From NCBI GenBank assembly GCA_977017575.1, contig CDRNVI010000114.1:1-41951 (forward strand): DNA of 41,951 nucleotides, written 5' to 3'. A model generated the notes under the pieces. The model was not told the DNA's origin, ran no database searches, and was given only the letters and a program-made list of their open reading frames with translations. The translations under genes and the position numbers were made by a program. This stretch comes from Paramoeba atlantica (lineage: Eukaryota > Protista > Discosea). Shown here piece after piece: positions 20,846 to 33,774 of this stretch; within the stretch, counting starts at the first letter, position 1; each line of letters begins with the position of its first letter.

Positions 20846-23800
20846 ATGAAAACTACATGATATAATAATATAATAAAACATAATATAAAAAATAATAAAA
20901 TAGTTTTATTTGATAATAAAACAGATTATAATGAGTTATCTTTATATAATTTAAATTATAAGAGTAAAAATTTTTTATTATTAAATAATGTTATTGATGT
21001 TATTAGTGATAATATTTATTCAGAAATAAAAAATTTCAATCTTAATTTAATAATAAATATTTATTATTTAATGAATAAATTTTTTAAATTTAATATTAAT
21101 AAAAAATTTTATAAATTAGAGTATTTAAATAATAAATATTTATTATTGAATTTAAATAATTCTAAATCGTTTTTTGTTATAAAAGATAATTATAAAAATT
21201 TTTATAATAATTTTTTTCAAAATTCTTTTATGAATTTTTTAGATTGTAATAAAAAATTTATATATAATAGAAAGTTAAGGTATAAAAATTATAATTTTTT
21301 ATTATCATATAAAAATAAATTAAGAAAAAAATTGTTTTTAAAGCAAACTCGTTTTAATAATATAGATAATGAAGATTTTTTAAATTTTGGACCAGAAAAT
21401 GGTTTATATTTTCAAACTATAAGTAATAGTTTTAGAAAGAAAAGAGAAGAAAAGAGAAGAAGAAAACAACAATTATTTCATTATAATAATAATATAATAA
21501 AAAAAACTATTTTTTTAAAAAAAGGTCAAGTATTTTTAGGTTATAATTTTAAGTCTTTATCAAAATTAAATTTATTTAATTTAGATTATATAAAATTTAA
21601 TAATAATTTTTATATAAGAAAAAAATATTGTCTTGAAAAGAATAAAAAAAATTTATTTTTATTATTTAGAAAAGAAAATTTATTAAAATATTATAATAAA
21701 AAATATTTAAAATATAAAAAATTTAATATAAAAAATTTTTATAATAATTATTATTTTTTATTTAAAAAATTATTGTATAAAAAAAATAAAAATAAATTAT
21801 ATAGAAAGAGAAAAATTTTAATTAAAAAAAAATTTAAAAATAAATTATATAATTATAATTTATTTTTAAATAAACTAAATTTATTTAAAAATAAAAAAGA
21901 AAAGAGAAATTTATTTAATATTAGATATAATTTTTTTTATAAAATATATAATATTAATTTATGAAAAAAATAAAAGAAAAGAGAAATTTTTAGATTATAT
22001 AAAAAGAATAAAAAATAACTTTTATTCTTTAAAATTATATAAAAGAAAAGAAAAAAGAATAAAATTATATAATTATTCATATTTAATTAAAAGAAAAAAA
22101 TTATTAAATTATAATTTTTTATATTTTATAAAAAATTTATATATTAATAGTATTTATAATAATATTAAAAATAAATTTTTATATAAAAATTATAAAAAAT
22201 TTTATATAATGAATAAATTTTTATATACTATTAATTCGAATATTGATTATAAAATATTAAAAATATTTTTAATAATATTAAATAATATTAAATTATTAAA
22301 TAATTATAAAATTTCTAAAAATGTTAAAAATTTCTTTTTTAAGAATAGTTTTAATAACATATTAAAAAAAAGAAATTGAAAACAAATAAATAAATATTTA
22401 TATTTTCGTATTTTTAATAAATATAATTATAATAAAATTAATAATTATAAATATAAAAAGAAAAAAATTAAAAAATTTATAAATATAAAAAGAAAAAATT
22501 CAAAATTTTTTATTATTAAAAAATCAACAACAAAAGAAAAAAAAATATATAAATTTGATAAATTTTTTTATAATATTTCTTTAAATTTAATTAAATTAAA
22601 TAAATTACATAAAAAAAAGGGAATAAAGAAAAAAAATTATTTTAATAATAATAAAAATATGAAATCTTTAATAAATTATTATATTTACAATTATAATAAT
22701 AAAGATTTATTGAATTTTAATATTTATAATTATAATTGTAAATATAATAAATTTAATAAAGATTATTGTTCTCATAAATATAAAAATTTTAAAGTTTATA
22801 AATATAAAAATTTTATATTTAATAGTTATGAATTAGATTATTACGATATAATAAATAAATTTCATAAAAAAAAATGAAATTTTTATATTATAAATGAAAA
22901 AGAAAAGAATGATTTATATTATAAATGAAAATCTATAAAGATACCTTATAATAATTTTTTAGTATTTTCTTGTAATATTAATTGTGAAAATTATTTAATA
23001 AAAGTTTTAACTAAGATTAAAAAGAATTATATTTTTTATTCAAAAAATTTATTAAATAATAATTCAATTATATCTAAAAGAAAAGAGAATAAAAGTTTAA
23101 AAAAGAGAAATTTTATATCTTATAATTGTAATTTAATTGATAATTTAAAATTAAATAAAAGAAAAGAGAAAAATTTAAAATCTTGAACTTATTATTTATT
23201 TATAAATAATAATTTAATAAAAGAAAAGAGAAAAATAATTTTAAAACCAATAAAAGAAAAAAAAAATATTAAAAACTCAATTTGTTTATGAAAAAAAAGA
23301 AATTGATTTATAAATAAATCTTTTACTCAGAAGAGTTCATATTTAAAATTTTATAATAGAAAGAAGAAAGTATTTATATTAATTCAAAAAAATAATTTAA
23401 AGAAAAGAGAAAAAAAATTATTAAATTTATATTTAACAGGAAAAAAGAGAAGATTCTATAGGTATAATAATATTACATCTTTTTTTTTAAATTATAAGTT
23501 TATTAATAATAATAAAACATTATTATTTAAACAAATGAAAAAAAAATTAAAAATTTTATTTAAAAAAGGTTTATTTAAAAAAAGTAGTATGTATTTTTTT
23601 AGAAGAACATTATTAGTAGAATATCCTAAATGATCATTAATAAAAGAAAATTATTTTAAACGTAATGAAGATAATATAATGTCGTATTTATCAAAATATA
23701 TACATTTTAAAATTTATAATATATATAGAAAAATATATAATATTGATTTATTATTTTTAAAACGAATTAATCAATATAAAAATTTTAGTAAACTAAATTA

Positions 23801-24531
23801 TTCAAAAATTTTAATTAATATTAGAAGTAATTTGTTACAATATTTTTATAACAAAAATAAGACTTTCAAAAGTTTTATTAAAAATAAAGTTTACTATAAT
23901 AAATTTTTAGTAAAAAATGTATCAATAAAAAATTATATATTATTTAATAATATTAATGATTATACTAATAATTATAAAAATATAAATAATTTGAAATATA
24001 ATAATTCTATATATAGTTATTATAAATATTTTTTAAAATTAGTATTATTTAATAATTTGATTTTAAAAAATAATTATACTAAAAAAATAAATTGTGATAT
24101 TAGTTTATTTATTACTAAATTTATGAAAAATTTAAATATAATATATAAGTATATATATAGTATTAAGTATTCAAATAAAAAAAATTTAAATTATTATTCA
24201 AAATTAAATGAAATAAATTTTTTTAATAATATTTATGACTATGATTATAGTTTATTAAATAATAATAGCTTAATAAATTATAAATTAAATACTGTTACTT
24301 TATTAAATTCTAAAAAATATTAATTAAATAATATTTAATTAATAAATTTAAAAAGAAATTTTTAAATTTGAATATTATTATTAATTTGAATAATAATAAT
24401 ATTTTTAAAATAAGGTAAAAAGAAAAAAATATTTTTATCTTATATATGTTTGCACCTTCAAGATGTTGTATAGAAAAAGAAAGAAAAGAATAAACGTGAA
24501 AAAATGATTAAGAAAATTATTTAGTAATTAA
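20846..24531 (+). CDS. Very large unidentified K/N/Y/I/F-rich reading frame, about 1150-1230 codons, many indels
   Basis: ATG 3 nt after the rps13 stop; long open stretches on + (e.g. 21071-21964, 22140-22877, 23580-24323) linked by single-base shifts; in-frame TGA used as sense. The 3' end is uncertain (24323 or 24531) and it could be more than one gene. Confidence 0.55.
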
Positions 24532-24561
24532 ATTATAGTAATAAAAAAAAAAATTATTATT

Positions 24562-24942
24562 ATGCCACAATTAGATTTAGGAATTTTATTTTTAGAATTA
24601 GTTTTAAATTTTATATTTTTTTGATTAATTTATATTTATTATGCAAGATATATATTCCCTTTAATAAATAAAACTATTAAATTAAGAAAATATAAATTAA
24701 AATCTATAATAAAAAGATTATTATTATTAGAATCAAATATTTTATTTATTATAAAATTAAATTTAAGTATTTTATTAAATAATAATTTTTTATTAAATAA
24801 ATTTGTTGTTTTATTAAAATCTAAAATTAATAATATTAAAATTATTATTTTTAGTAAATTATATATATTAGGTTTAAATTTCTTAAAAAAAGAATCTTTA
24901 TTAAATAAAAAATATTTTATAATAAAAACAATATATAAATAA
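24562..24942 (+). CDS. atp8: ATP synthase subunit 8
   Basis: MPQLD N-terminus, one TM helix, FPLINKTIKLRK; TAATG overlap with cob. Confidence 0.93.
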
Positions 24943-26089
24943 TGAGATTAGTTAAAAAAGATATTTTTGTAAATGCATTTTATAATGCTTTAGTAGTTTA
25001 TCCAGCTCCTGCTAATATAACTTATGCTTGAAATTTAGGAGTTAGTGCTGGTTTGTTTTTAATTATTCAGATTTTAACAGGTGTTATTTTAGCTATGTAT
25101 TATACACCTAATGCTGATTTAGCTTTTGCTAGTGTTAGACATATAGTTAATGATGTACATTTTGGTGATATGCTAAGAATGTACCATGCTAGTGGATCAT
25201 CAGTTTTTTTTTTTGTAATATATTTACATGTATTTAGAGGTTTATATTATGGTTCATATACTTATCCTAGACAATTTGTATGAGTATCTGGTGTTATAAT
25301 ATTATTAATTATGATTATAACAGCTTTTGTAGGTTATGTTTTACCTTGGGGTCAAATGAGTTTTTGAGCAGCAACTGTTATTACTAATTTAGTGTCAGTT
25401 ATACCTTTTGTAGGTAATGATATATTATTATGATTATGAGGTGGATTTTCTGTTGATGAAGCTACATTACATCGTTTTTTTAGTTTACATTATTTATTAC
25501 CTTTTGTTATAGCAGCTTTAGCTGGAGTTCATATTATATTATTACATGAAGTTGGTTCTAATAATATATTAGGTATTAATCATAAGGTAGATCAAATACC
25601 ATTTCATCCTTATTTTGTTTTTAAAGATTTATTTAGTTCATTATTATTATTATTTGGTTTTAATATGTATGCTATAAAACATACTCCAAGTATAATAGAC
25701 GCAGATAATTATTTAGAAGCAAATCCTTTAGTAACACCCGTACATATCGTACCAGAATGATATTTTAAAGCTTTTTATGAATTTTAAGATCTGTACCAGA
25801 TAAAGCAGGTGGTTTTATCTTATTAGTTTTATCTATTATTGTTTTAATAATATTTCCATTTTATGTGAAAGCACCTATAGTTAGTGGTTATTTTAGACCT
25901 ATTTATAATTTAGGTTTTTGATTATTTATTATGGATTTTATTACATTAACCTGAATAGGAGGTAAACCTATAGAAGAACCTTATTATTTTATAGGTCAAA
26001 TGGCTACAAGTTTTTATTTTATATATTTTATTATATTGTTACCTGTTATTGTTAAATTAGAAAAATCATTATATAAAAATATTACTTAA
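24942..26089 (+). CDS. cob: Apocytochrome b, one missing base near 25780
   Basis: [12 protein letters not shown], heme-ligand His residues ([31 protein letters not shown]), GQMSFW, PEWYF, (A)ILRSVPDK. Confidence 0.98.
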
Positions 26090-26093
26090 ACAT

Positions 26094-26597
26094 ATGAATA
26101 AAATTTTTAATTTTATAATTTTTTATATTTCTATATTATTTTTAGTTAATATGTTTTCAAATCATTTATTTTTTTTTAATTCTGTTGGTAATTTATTAAT
26201 TATAATTATATTATTAATTATATCTTTATTTACTTTTTATATTTCTTCGTTAAAAAGTAATTTCTTAATTATAAAAAAAAATGAAATATATAAACAATAT
26301 TATTTAAAATTATTAAAACTATATTATATTTTTTATTTATATAAAAATATAATATTTCAAAATATTTTAATATCTACATTTCAAAATTATTATTTTAAAT
26401 TTATAATTTTATTTTATAATATTAATTTAAATATATTATTAAATTCTATATCAAATTTATATAGTTATTTATATAATAATTTTTTAAATACTTTTTATAT
26501 TAATAATTATTTTATATTTAGTATTAAATTTAAATTATTAAATCAAATAAACTATAAAAATTTTATTTTTAAAAAATATTTTACTATAAAAAAATAA
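26094..26597 (+). CDS. atp4: Probable ATP synthase subunit b (atp4/ymf39-like)
   Basis: 167 aa; two N-terminal hydrophobic segments, then a charged helical region (FFFN..LIIIILL..KKNEIY); pattern-level similarity only. Confidence 0.45.
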   Translation: MNKIFNFIIFYISILFLVNMFSNHLFFFNSVGNLLIIIILLIISLFTFYISSLKSNFLIIKKNEIYKQYYLKLLKLYYIFYLYKNIIFQNILISTFQNYYFKFIILFYNINLNILLNSISNLYSYLYNNFLNTFYINNYFIFSIKFKLLNQINYKNFIFKKYFTIKK

Positions 26598-26600
26598 TAT

Positions 26601-26957
26601 ATGAATTTTGAATATAGTATAATTATTATCTCTATATCATTAAGTATGATTATTTCTTTAGTATTATTTTCTATTATTTTACTTCTTATTTATTCAAAAT
26701 TTGAGATAGAAAAAGTTTCAGCATATGAATGTGGTTTTCACCCTTTTGAAGATACTAGACATAATTTTAATGTAAGATTTTATTTAGTATCTATTTTATT
26801 TTTAATTTTTGATTTAGAAATAATATTTTTATTTCCATGATTGACTTTAGTTAATTTTTTAGGAACAAGTGGTTTTTTAGTAGTATTGATTTTTATTACT
26901 ATATTAACTATAGGTTTCATATATGAATGATTAAAAGGTGCTTTAACCTGAGAGTAA
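26601..26957 (+). CDS. nad3: NADH dehydrogenase subunit 3
   Basis: [46 protein letters not shown]. Confidence 0.98.
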
Positions 26958-26975
26958 AAAATTATTTTATATATT

Positions 26976-27728
26976 ATGAATAAATTTTTTCAACCATTAG
27001 ATCAATTTGATATATTTTCTTTATATATAAATTTTTATTTTAGTGATTTTTATATAACAAACTTATTTATATATTTATTTATTATTTTTTTTATAATAAA
27101 TATTATAACAAGTAATGTATTATTATCTAAATTAAATTTAGTTTATAAATCGTTATGACAATACATATATGAGAATTTTATATATTTATTTCCGTTAAAT
27201 GTTTTAGTTACACAAGTAGGTAAAAGAGGTGAACCATATTTTGTTTATATAGCTAGCTTATTTTATTTTATATTAATAGCAAATTTTATTGGTTTAGTAC
27301 CAAGTTCTTTTACTATTACAAGTCATATAATTTTAACATTTTTATTAGGATCAATTACTGTTATAGGATTAACTATAATAGGTTTTTTAAAACAAAAATT
27401 ACATTTTATACAGTTATTTATACCAAAAGGTGTTCCTAATATTTTATTACCTATGTTAATAGGTATCGAAGTTATTTCTTATATTGCAAGAGGTTTTAGT
27501 TTATCTATACGGTTATTTGCAAATTTAATGTCGGGACATTCATTAATACATATTTTATTATTTTTTATTGTAAAAATATTAAAATTTAATTATATTATAG
27601 GTATTTTAGGAATATTATTAATAACTGTAATTTTTTTATTAGAGTTTGGTATTTCATTTTTACAAGCTTATGTATTTATTGTTTTAGTTTCTATTTATTT
27701 AAAAGATTCTTACGAAGCTGGACATTAA
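26976..27728 (+). CDS. atp6: ATP synthase subunit 6 (a)
   Basis: PLDQF, NFIGLVPSSFTITSH, IEVISYIARGFSLSIRLFANLMSGH, LQAYVF. Confidence 0.97.
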
Positions 27729-27746
27729 AAAACATTTATTTTAACA

Positions 27747-28067
27747 ATGTTTAATATCTTAATTCCTTTTGAAACATTTATACCTATTTTAAGTTTTAGT
27801 TTATTTATTATAGGTATAGCGGGTATTTTTATTACACGTAGAAATATAATAATAATAATAATGTCTATAGAGTTAATTTTAGCATCTGTAAATTTATTAT
27901 TTATTTTTTTATCAATATATTTAGATGATATATATGGTCAGATATTTGCTTTATATATATTAACTATAGCAGCTTCTGAATCAGCTATTGGTTTAGGATT
28001 AATAGTTATTTATTATAGATTAAGAGGTATTATATCTATAGATTATATTAGTACTATAAAAGGTTAA
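27747..28067 (+). CDS. nad4L: NADH dehydrogenase subunit 4L
   Basis: RRNIIIIIMSIELILASVNL, GQIFALYILTIAASESAIGL, YYRLRG. Confidence 0.98.
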   Translation: MFNILIPFETFIPILSFSLFIIGIAGIFITRRNIIIIIMSIELILASVNLLFIFLSIYLDDIYGQIFALYILTIAASESAIGLGLIVIYYRLRGIISIDYISTIKG

Positions 28068-28086
28068 ATTTTTTTATATACTTTTT

Positions 28087-30105
28087 ATGTATTTATTAGT
28101 ATTATATTTACCATTAATAAGTTTTTTAATTATAAGTTTTTTTGGGCGTTTATTAGGAAATAAAGGTAGTTTTATAATTGCGAATTTTAATATGTTATTA
28201 ACAGTGTTGTTATCATATTATATTTTTTATGAAACTGTATTAAAAGGTTCTGTATGTTTTTTAAAATTATTTTCATGATTTAATATAGGTTTATTTAATG
28301 TAACATGAGGATTTATTTTCGATCCTGTAACAGGTGTTATGTTAATTGTAGTAAATACAATATCTTTATTAGTTCATTTTTATTCAATAGGTTATATGTA
28401 TAATGATCCTTTTTCTTCTCGATTTGTATCTTATTTATCATTATTTACATGATTTATGTTAATGTTAGTTACAGCTGATAATATATTACAATTATTTTTA
28501 GGTTGAGAAGGTGTTGGTTTAGTATCTTATTTATTAATTAATTTTTGATTTACAATAGCAGATGCAAACAAAGCTGCAATTAAAGCTATTATTATGAATA
28601 GAATAGGTGACATTGGAGTTGGTTTAGGTATATGTTTAATATATTTAGAATATAAAACATTAAATTTTAGTATAATATTCGCAATAAGTGATATGTGTCA
28701 ATTTGATTATATTTATTTTATAAATAATTATTTTAATACAATAACTTTGATAACTATTTTTATATTAATTGGAGCTATGGGAAAATCTGCACAATTAGGT
28801 TTACATACTTGATTACCGGATGCTATGGCTGGTCCAACACCAGTTTCTGCTCTTATACATGCAGCAACAATGGTTACAGCTGGAGTATTTATTTTAATAA
28901 GATTATCACCAATGGTTGAATATTCAGCTATTGGTTTATGAATTATAACTTTAGTTGGTGTTTTAACTAGTTTTTTTGCAGCAACTATAGGTTTATTTCA
29001 AAATGATATAAAAAAGGTTATAGCATATTCAACTTGTAGTCAATTAGGTTATATGGTGTTTATATGTGGGTTATCAAATTATTCACTAAGTTTATTTCAT
29101 TTAACTAATCATGCTTTTTTTAAAGCATTATTATTTTTAAGTGCGGGGGCTATTATACATGCTTTATCTGATGAACAAGATATAAGAAAATATGGAGGGT
29201 TAATTAAATTATTACCTTATAGTTATATTATGATGTTAATAGGTTCTTTAGCATTAATGGGTATACCTTTTTTAACAGGGTTTTATTCTAAAGATGTTAT
29301 AATTGAAATTACTTATATATCATATATAATAGATAGTTCTTTTATTTATTGATTAAGTGTTATAGCAGCTTTGTTTACATCATTATATAGTATTAGGTTA
29401 TTAGTATATGTTTTTATAACATCACCTAATGGTTATAGAAAAATGTTTGAATTAATACATGAATCTAATATTTTTATGTCTTTACCTTTATTTATATTAG
29501 CTTTAAATAGTATATTTTTTGGTTATATTAATAAAGATTTATTTATAGGATTAGGTAATGATACTTGATTAAATTGATTAAATATAATTTCAACTAGAAA
29601 TATTTTAATTTTAGAATCAGAATTTTTACCTTGATATATAAAAAATATTCCTTTTTTTTTTAGTATGTCTGGTATAATAATTATTTTTTTAATAAATTAT
29701 TATTATACTTATTTATATAAAGTTTTAAGAAGTAATAATTATTTATATTTTAAAAGATATAATAATATTGCAAGTTTTTTTTCTTATAAATGGTATGTGG
29801 ATACTATTTATAATAAAATAATTTTAGGAGGTTTTATTAAATTATCCTATATAGTATTTAAAAATATTGATAGAGGTATTATAGAATTAATAGGGCCTTT
29901 AGGTTTAGTTAGATTATGAAATTCTTTAAGTATTAATTATAAATATTTTTTCCCAACAGGTTATATTTTTAATTATTTGTTCTTATTTATTATTTCATCT
30001 GTTAGTTTAATTATATTCTATATATTACCTATAAATAATTTAAATAGTGAATTATTATTTATATTAATTGCTATAATTTTAATAAATAAATATAAAAATA
30101 AGTAA
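28087..30105 (+). CDS. nad5: NADH dehydrogenase subunit 5, 672 aa, in frame under code 4
   Basis: [58 protein letters not shown]. Confidence 0.98.
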
Positions 30106-30122
30106 AATTTTTTTTAAAACAT

Positions 30123-30709
30123 ATGGATCAAAATTTATTTTATATATTTTTTTTTATAATAAGTATTGTATCGGCTATTTTAGTAATAATTTCTAAAAAT
30201 CCTTTACATTCTATTATTTATTTAATATTAGTTTTTTGTAATATAGTTTTTATATTATTATTGTTGGAGTTGGGAATTTATGTCTATGGTGTTTTTAATA
30301 GTTTATATAGGTGCAATAGCAGTATTATTTTTATTTATTATTTATATGTTAAATATAAAAGTTATAGAATTGAATGAATTAAATATAAAATATTTGATAG
30401 GTATTATATTATTAACTTTATTAATAATATTTTTAATTTATTTATTATATACCGATTAATGTAATTTTTAATATAGATTCCTCAAACAATAATAATTATA
30501 TAAATTATTATAATATTTTATATAATATATCAAATTTAAATTTGATATCTTTAATATTATACGATAAGCATTATATATTATTTATAATACTTAGTCTTAT
30601 ATTATTATTAGCTATGATTGGTGTTATTATATTAACATGTAAAAGAACATATTATCTAAAAGAACAGGTAATTTTTGAACAAAATAAAAGGTTTATAAAG
30701 AATCCATAA
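30123..30709 (+). CDS. nad6: NADH dehydrogenase subunit 6, indel near 30270
   Basis: [15 protein letters not shown], then [13 protein letters not shown] in the shifted frame, [19 protein letters not shown]. Confidence 0.93.
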
Positions 30710-30710
30710 A

Positions 30711-32741
30711 ATGAATAATTATAAAATAAATAATATTGCAGTTAAAGATAATAATATGAAAACTATATTACAATTATGTAATATGATTAATATAGATATA
30801 CCAAAATTTTGTTATCATGAACAATTATCTATAGCAGGTAATTGTAGAATGTGTTTAGTTGAAGTAAAAGGAGCTATAAAACCTATAGCTTCTTGTGCAT
30901 CCCCTTTAAATAATAATATGCATATATTAACTAATACTAAATTAGTTAAAAAGGCTAGAGAAGGTGTTTTAGAATTTTTATTATTAAATCATCCATTAGA
31001 TTGTCCTATTTGTGATCAAGGAGGTGAATGTGATTTACAAGATCAATCATTAATTTTTGGTAATGATAGAGGTAGATTTTATGAAAATAAAAGATCTGTT
31101 AATGATAAAGATTGTGGACCTTTAATAAAAACTATTATGACAAGATGTATTCATTGTACTAGATGTATACGTTTTATAGATGAGTTTATTGGTTATAAAT
31201 ATTTTGGTTTGATAGGTCGAGGACAAAATATAGAAATAAGTAATTTTTTATCAAAAAATATTAATTCGGAATTATCTGGTAATTTAATTGATTTATGCCC
31301 TGTAGGTGCTTTAACTTCTAAACCTTATTCATTCATTTCTAGACCTTGAGAACTTATTTCTTGAAATACTATAGATATTAATGATTTATTACATATAAAT
31401 ATTAGAATAGATATTAGAGATAGTGAAATATTAAGAGTTTTACCTTTATTTAATGATTATATACATGAGATCTGAATCTCAGATCTAACTCGTTTTTCTT
31501 ATGATAATCAAAAGAATAATCGAATAATTAATCCTTTAAAAAAGGAAGGTGCAAATAAATTTATTATATATAGTTGAGAAAAAGTATTAAATTTAATATT
31601 AAAAAAATGTTTAAATAGTAATTTACATTTTTTAATAGGTGATAATATAGATAGTGAAACTGCTTTAGTAATAAAAAAAGGAAAAAATTATTTTAATAAT
31701 CATGAATTTACTATTAATTATAAAAAATTAACTAGGAATTCAAATAATCGTAAAAATTATATTTTAGATTATAATATATATAAAGAATTAAATGAATTTA
31801 AAAATATTATATTAATTAATATAAATATTAGATTAGAATATCCTTTATTAAATATAAAGTTAAAACGATTTAAAGATTTAAAATTATTAAATATTTATAA
31901 TATAGGGACCTCTTATAATCAAAATTATAAAAATATAAATTATTCATCTAATTTATTAGAAGTAAAAAAATTTATAGAGGGAAAATCTTTATTAAATAAT
32001 ATTGTATTAAAAGCATCTAAAAATTTAATTTTATTAAATGATAATACTTTATTTAATTTTTTAATTACAACATTGAAAAATTTAAATTTAGAATCAAGTA
32101 TTAATATAGGGTTTTTAAATAATTTAAATATAAATATTATAGCTAATGAATTAAATTTATTTAATTCATTAGTAAAATTTAATGATTATAGTTTTAAAAA
32201 AATGATTTATAAAGAAAATAATATTTTATATAATTTAAATAATTATAATTATAATTATTTAAATTATAATTGTGATTATAATATTTTTCAAGGTTGTTAT
32301 TTACCTATATTAAAAGAAATTAATAATTATGATTTATTATTACCATCAATAACTCATTATGAAAAAAAAAGTTTATTTATAAATATATTTGGTTATTGTC
32401 AATCGACAAAATTTATTTTATTTCCGCCGAAGAATGCAAGAAATGATTGAAAAATATTATATATATTATTTAAAACAATTATTAGTGATGAAAAGATTAT
32501 GAAATTATCTTTTAGTAATATTAGATTATTATTAAGTTCTTATAATATAAATATAAATACTATATTAAATATATATAATAATAATGAAATATCAAATTAT
32601 AAAAATATTATGGTTTTGAAAAATAAAAATTTATATAAAAATATGACTAATATATATTCTAATAATAAATTTTTACAATCATCAAAAATTTTAAACAGTT
32701 GTTTAATTAATTCTAAAAAAATATATAATAATTTTCATTAA
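30711..32741 (+). CDS. nad11: NADH dehydrogenase subunit 11, single 676-aa frame
   Basis: [45 protein letters not shown]; ORF-track pieces 30711, 32073 and 32499 share one frame. Confidence 0.96.
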
Positions 32742-32754
32742 AAGATTTTAAAAT

Positions 32755-33741
32755 ATGAATTTTTTGTTAACTTTAATTATAACAATATTAAAATATTTAA
32801 TTTTAATAGTACCTGTATTAGTAACTGTAGCTATTTTTACAGTTTTTGAAAGAAAAGTTATGGGTTATATACAACGAAGACAAGGTCCTATAAAAGTAGG
32901 TTTTTTAGGTATTTTGCAACCTTTTGCCGATGGTTTAAAATTAATGATAAAAGAACCTGTTATACCGGTAAATTCAAATTATTTAATGTATATAGCAGCT
33001 CCAATATTAACATTATTATTAAGTTTAATAAATTGAATATTAATACCTTTTGATGAAAATGTAGTAATATCTAATATTAATATAGGAGTTTTGTTTATTT
33101 TGGGTATTTCTTCTTTAAGTGTATATGGTGTTATTATAGCTGGTTGAGCTAGTAATTCAAAATATGCATTTTTAGGTGCTCTTAGATCTGCTGCACAAAT
33201 GATATCTTATGAAGTATCTATAGGTATAATATTAATAACTCTTCTAATAGGTGTAGGTTCTTTAAATTTAAGTAATATAGTATTAGCTCAAGAGGATATT
33301 TGATTTATTATACCATTTTTTCCTTTATTTTTATTATTTTTTATATCTTCTGTTGCAGAAACTAATAGACACCCTTTTGATTTACCTGAGGCAGAAGCAG
33401 AATTAGTTTCTGGTTATAATGTAGAATATTCATCAGTAGGATTTGCTTTTTTTTTTATCGGTGAATATGCTAATATTATATTAATGAGTGCATTAAATGT
33501 AATTTTATTTTTAGGAGGTTGATTACCACCTTTTAATTTTAATTTTTTTTTACCGCCTATAGTATGATTTACAATAAAAATTGTTTTAATGATATTTTTA
33601 TTTATAGTAATAAGAGCCATGTTACCTAGATATAGATATGATCAATTAATGATATTAGGTTGAAAAGTATTTTTACCGTTATCATTAGGTTTATTAGTTT
33701 TCTATGCAGGTATAATGATTGGTTTTGATTTTTTACCTTAA
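32755..33741 (+). CDS. nad1: NADH dehydrogenase subunit 1
   Basis: [72 protein letters not shown]. Confidence 0.98.
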
Positions 33742-33774
33742 TTTTTTAGAATAATAAAATATAAAAAATTTTGA

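Noticed and set aside
21439-23411. CRISPR-like array from the repeated GAAAAGAGAA
   Set aside because: The repeat is only 10 nt, irregularly spaced and inside coding sequence; no cas genes.
25770-25795. Insertional RNA editing (Physarum-type C insertion), since restoring cob YAILRS needs one C
   Set aside because: Most indels sit in A/T homopolymers, many long genes need no correction, and the bacterial genes show the same defects. cDNA comparison would be decisive.
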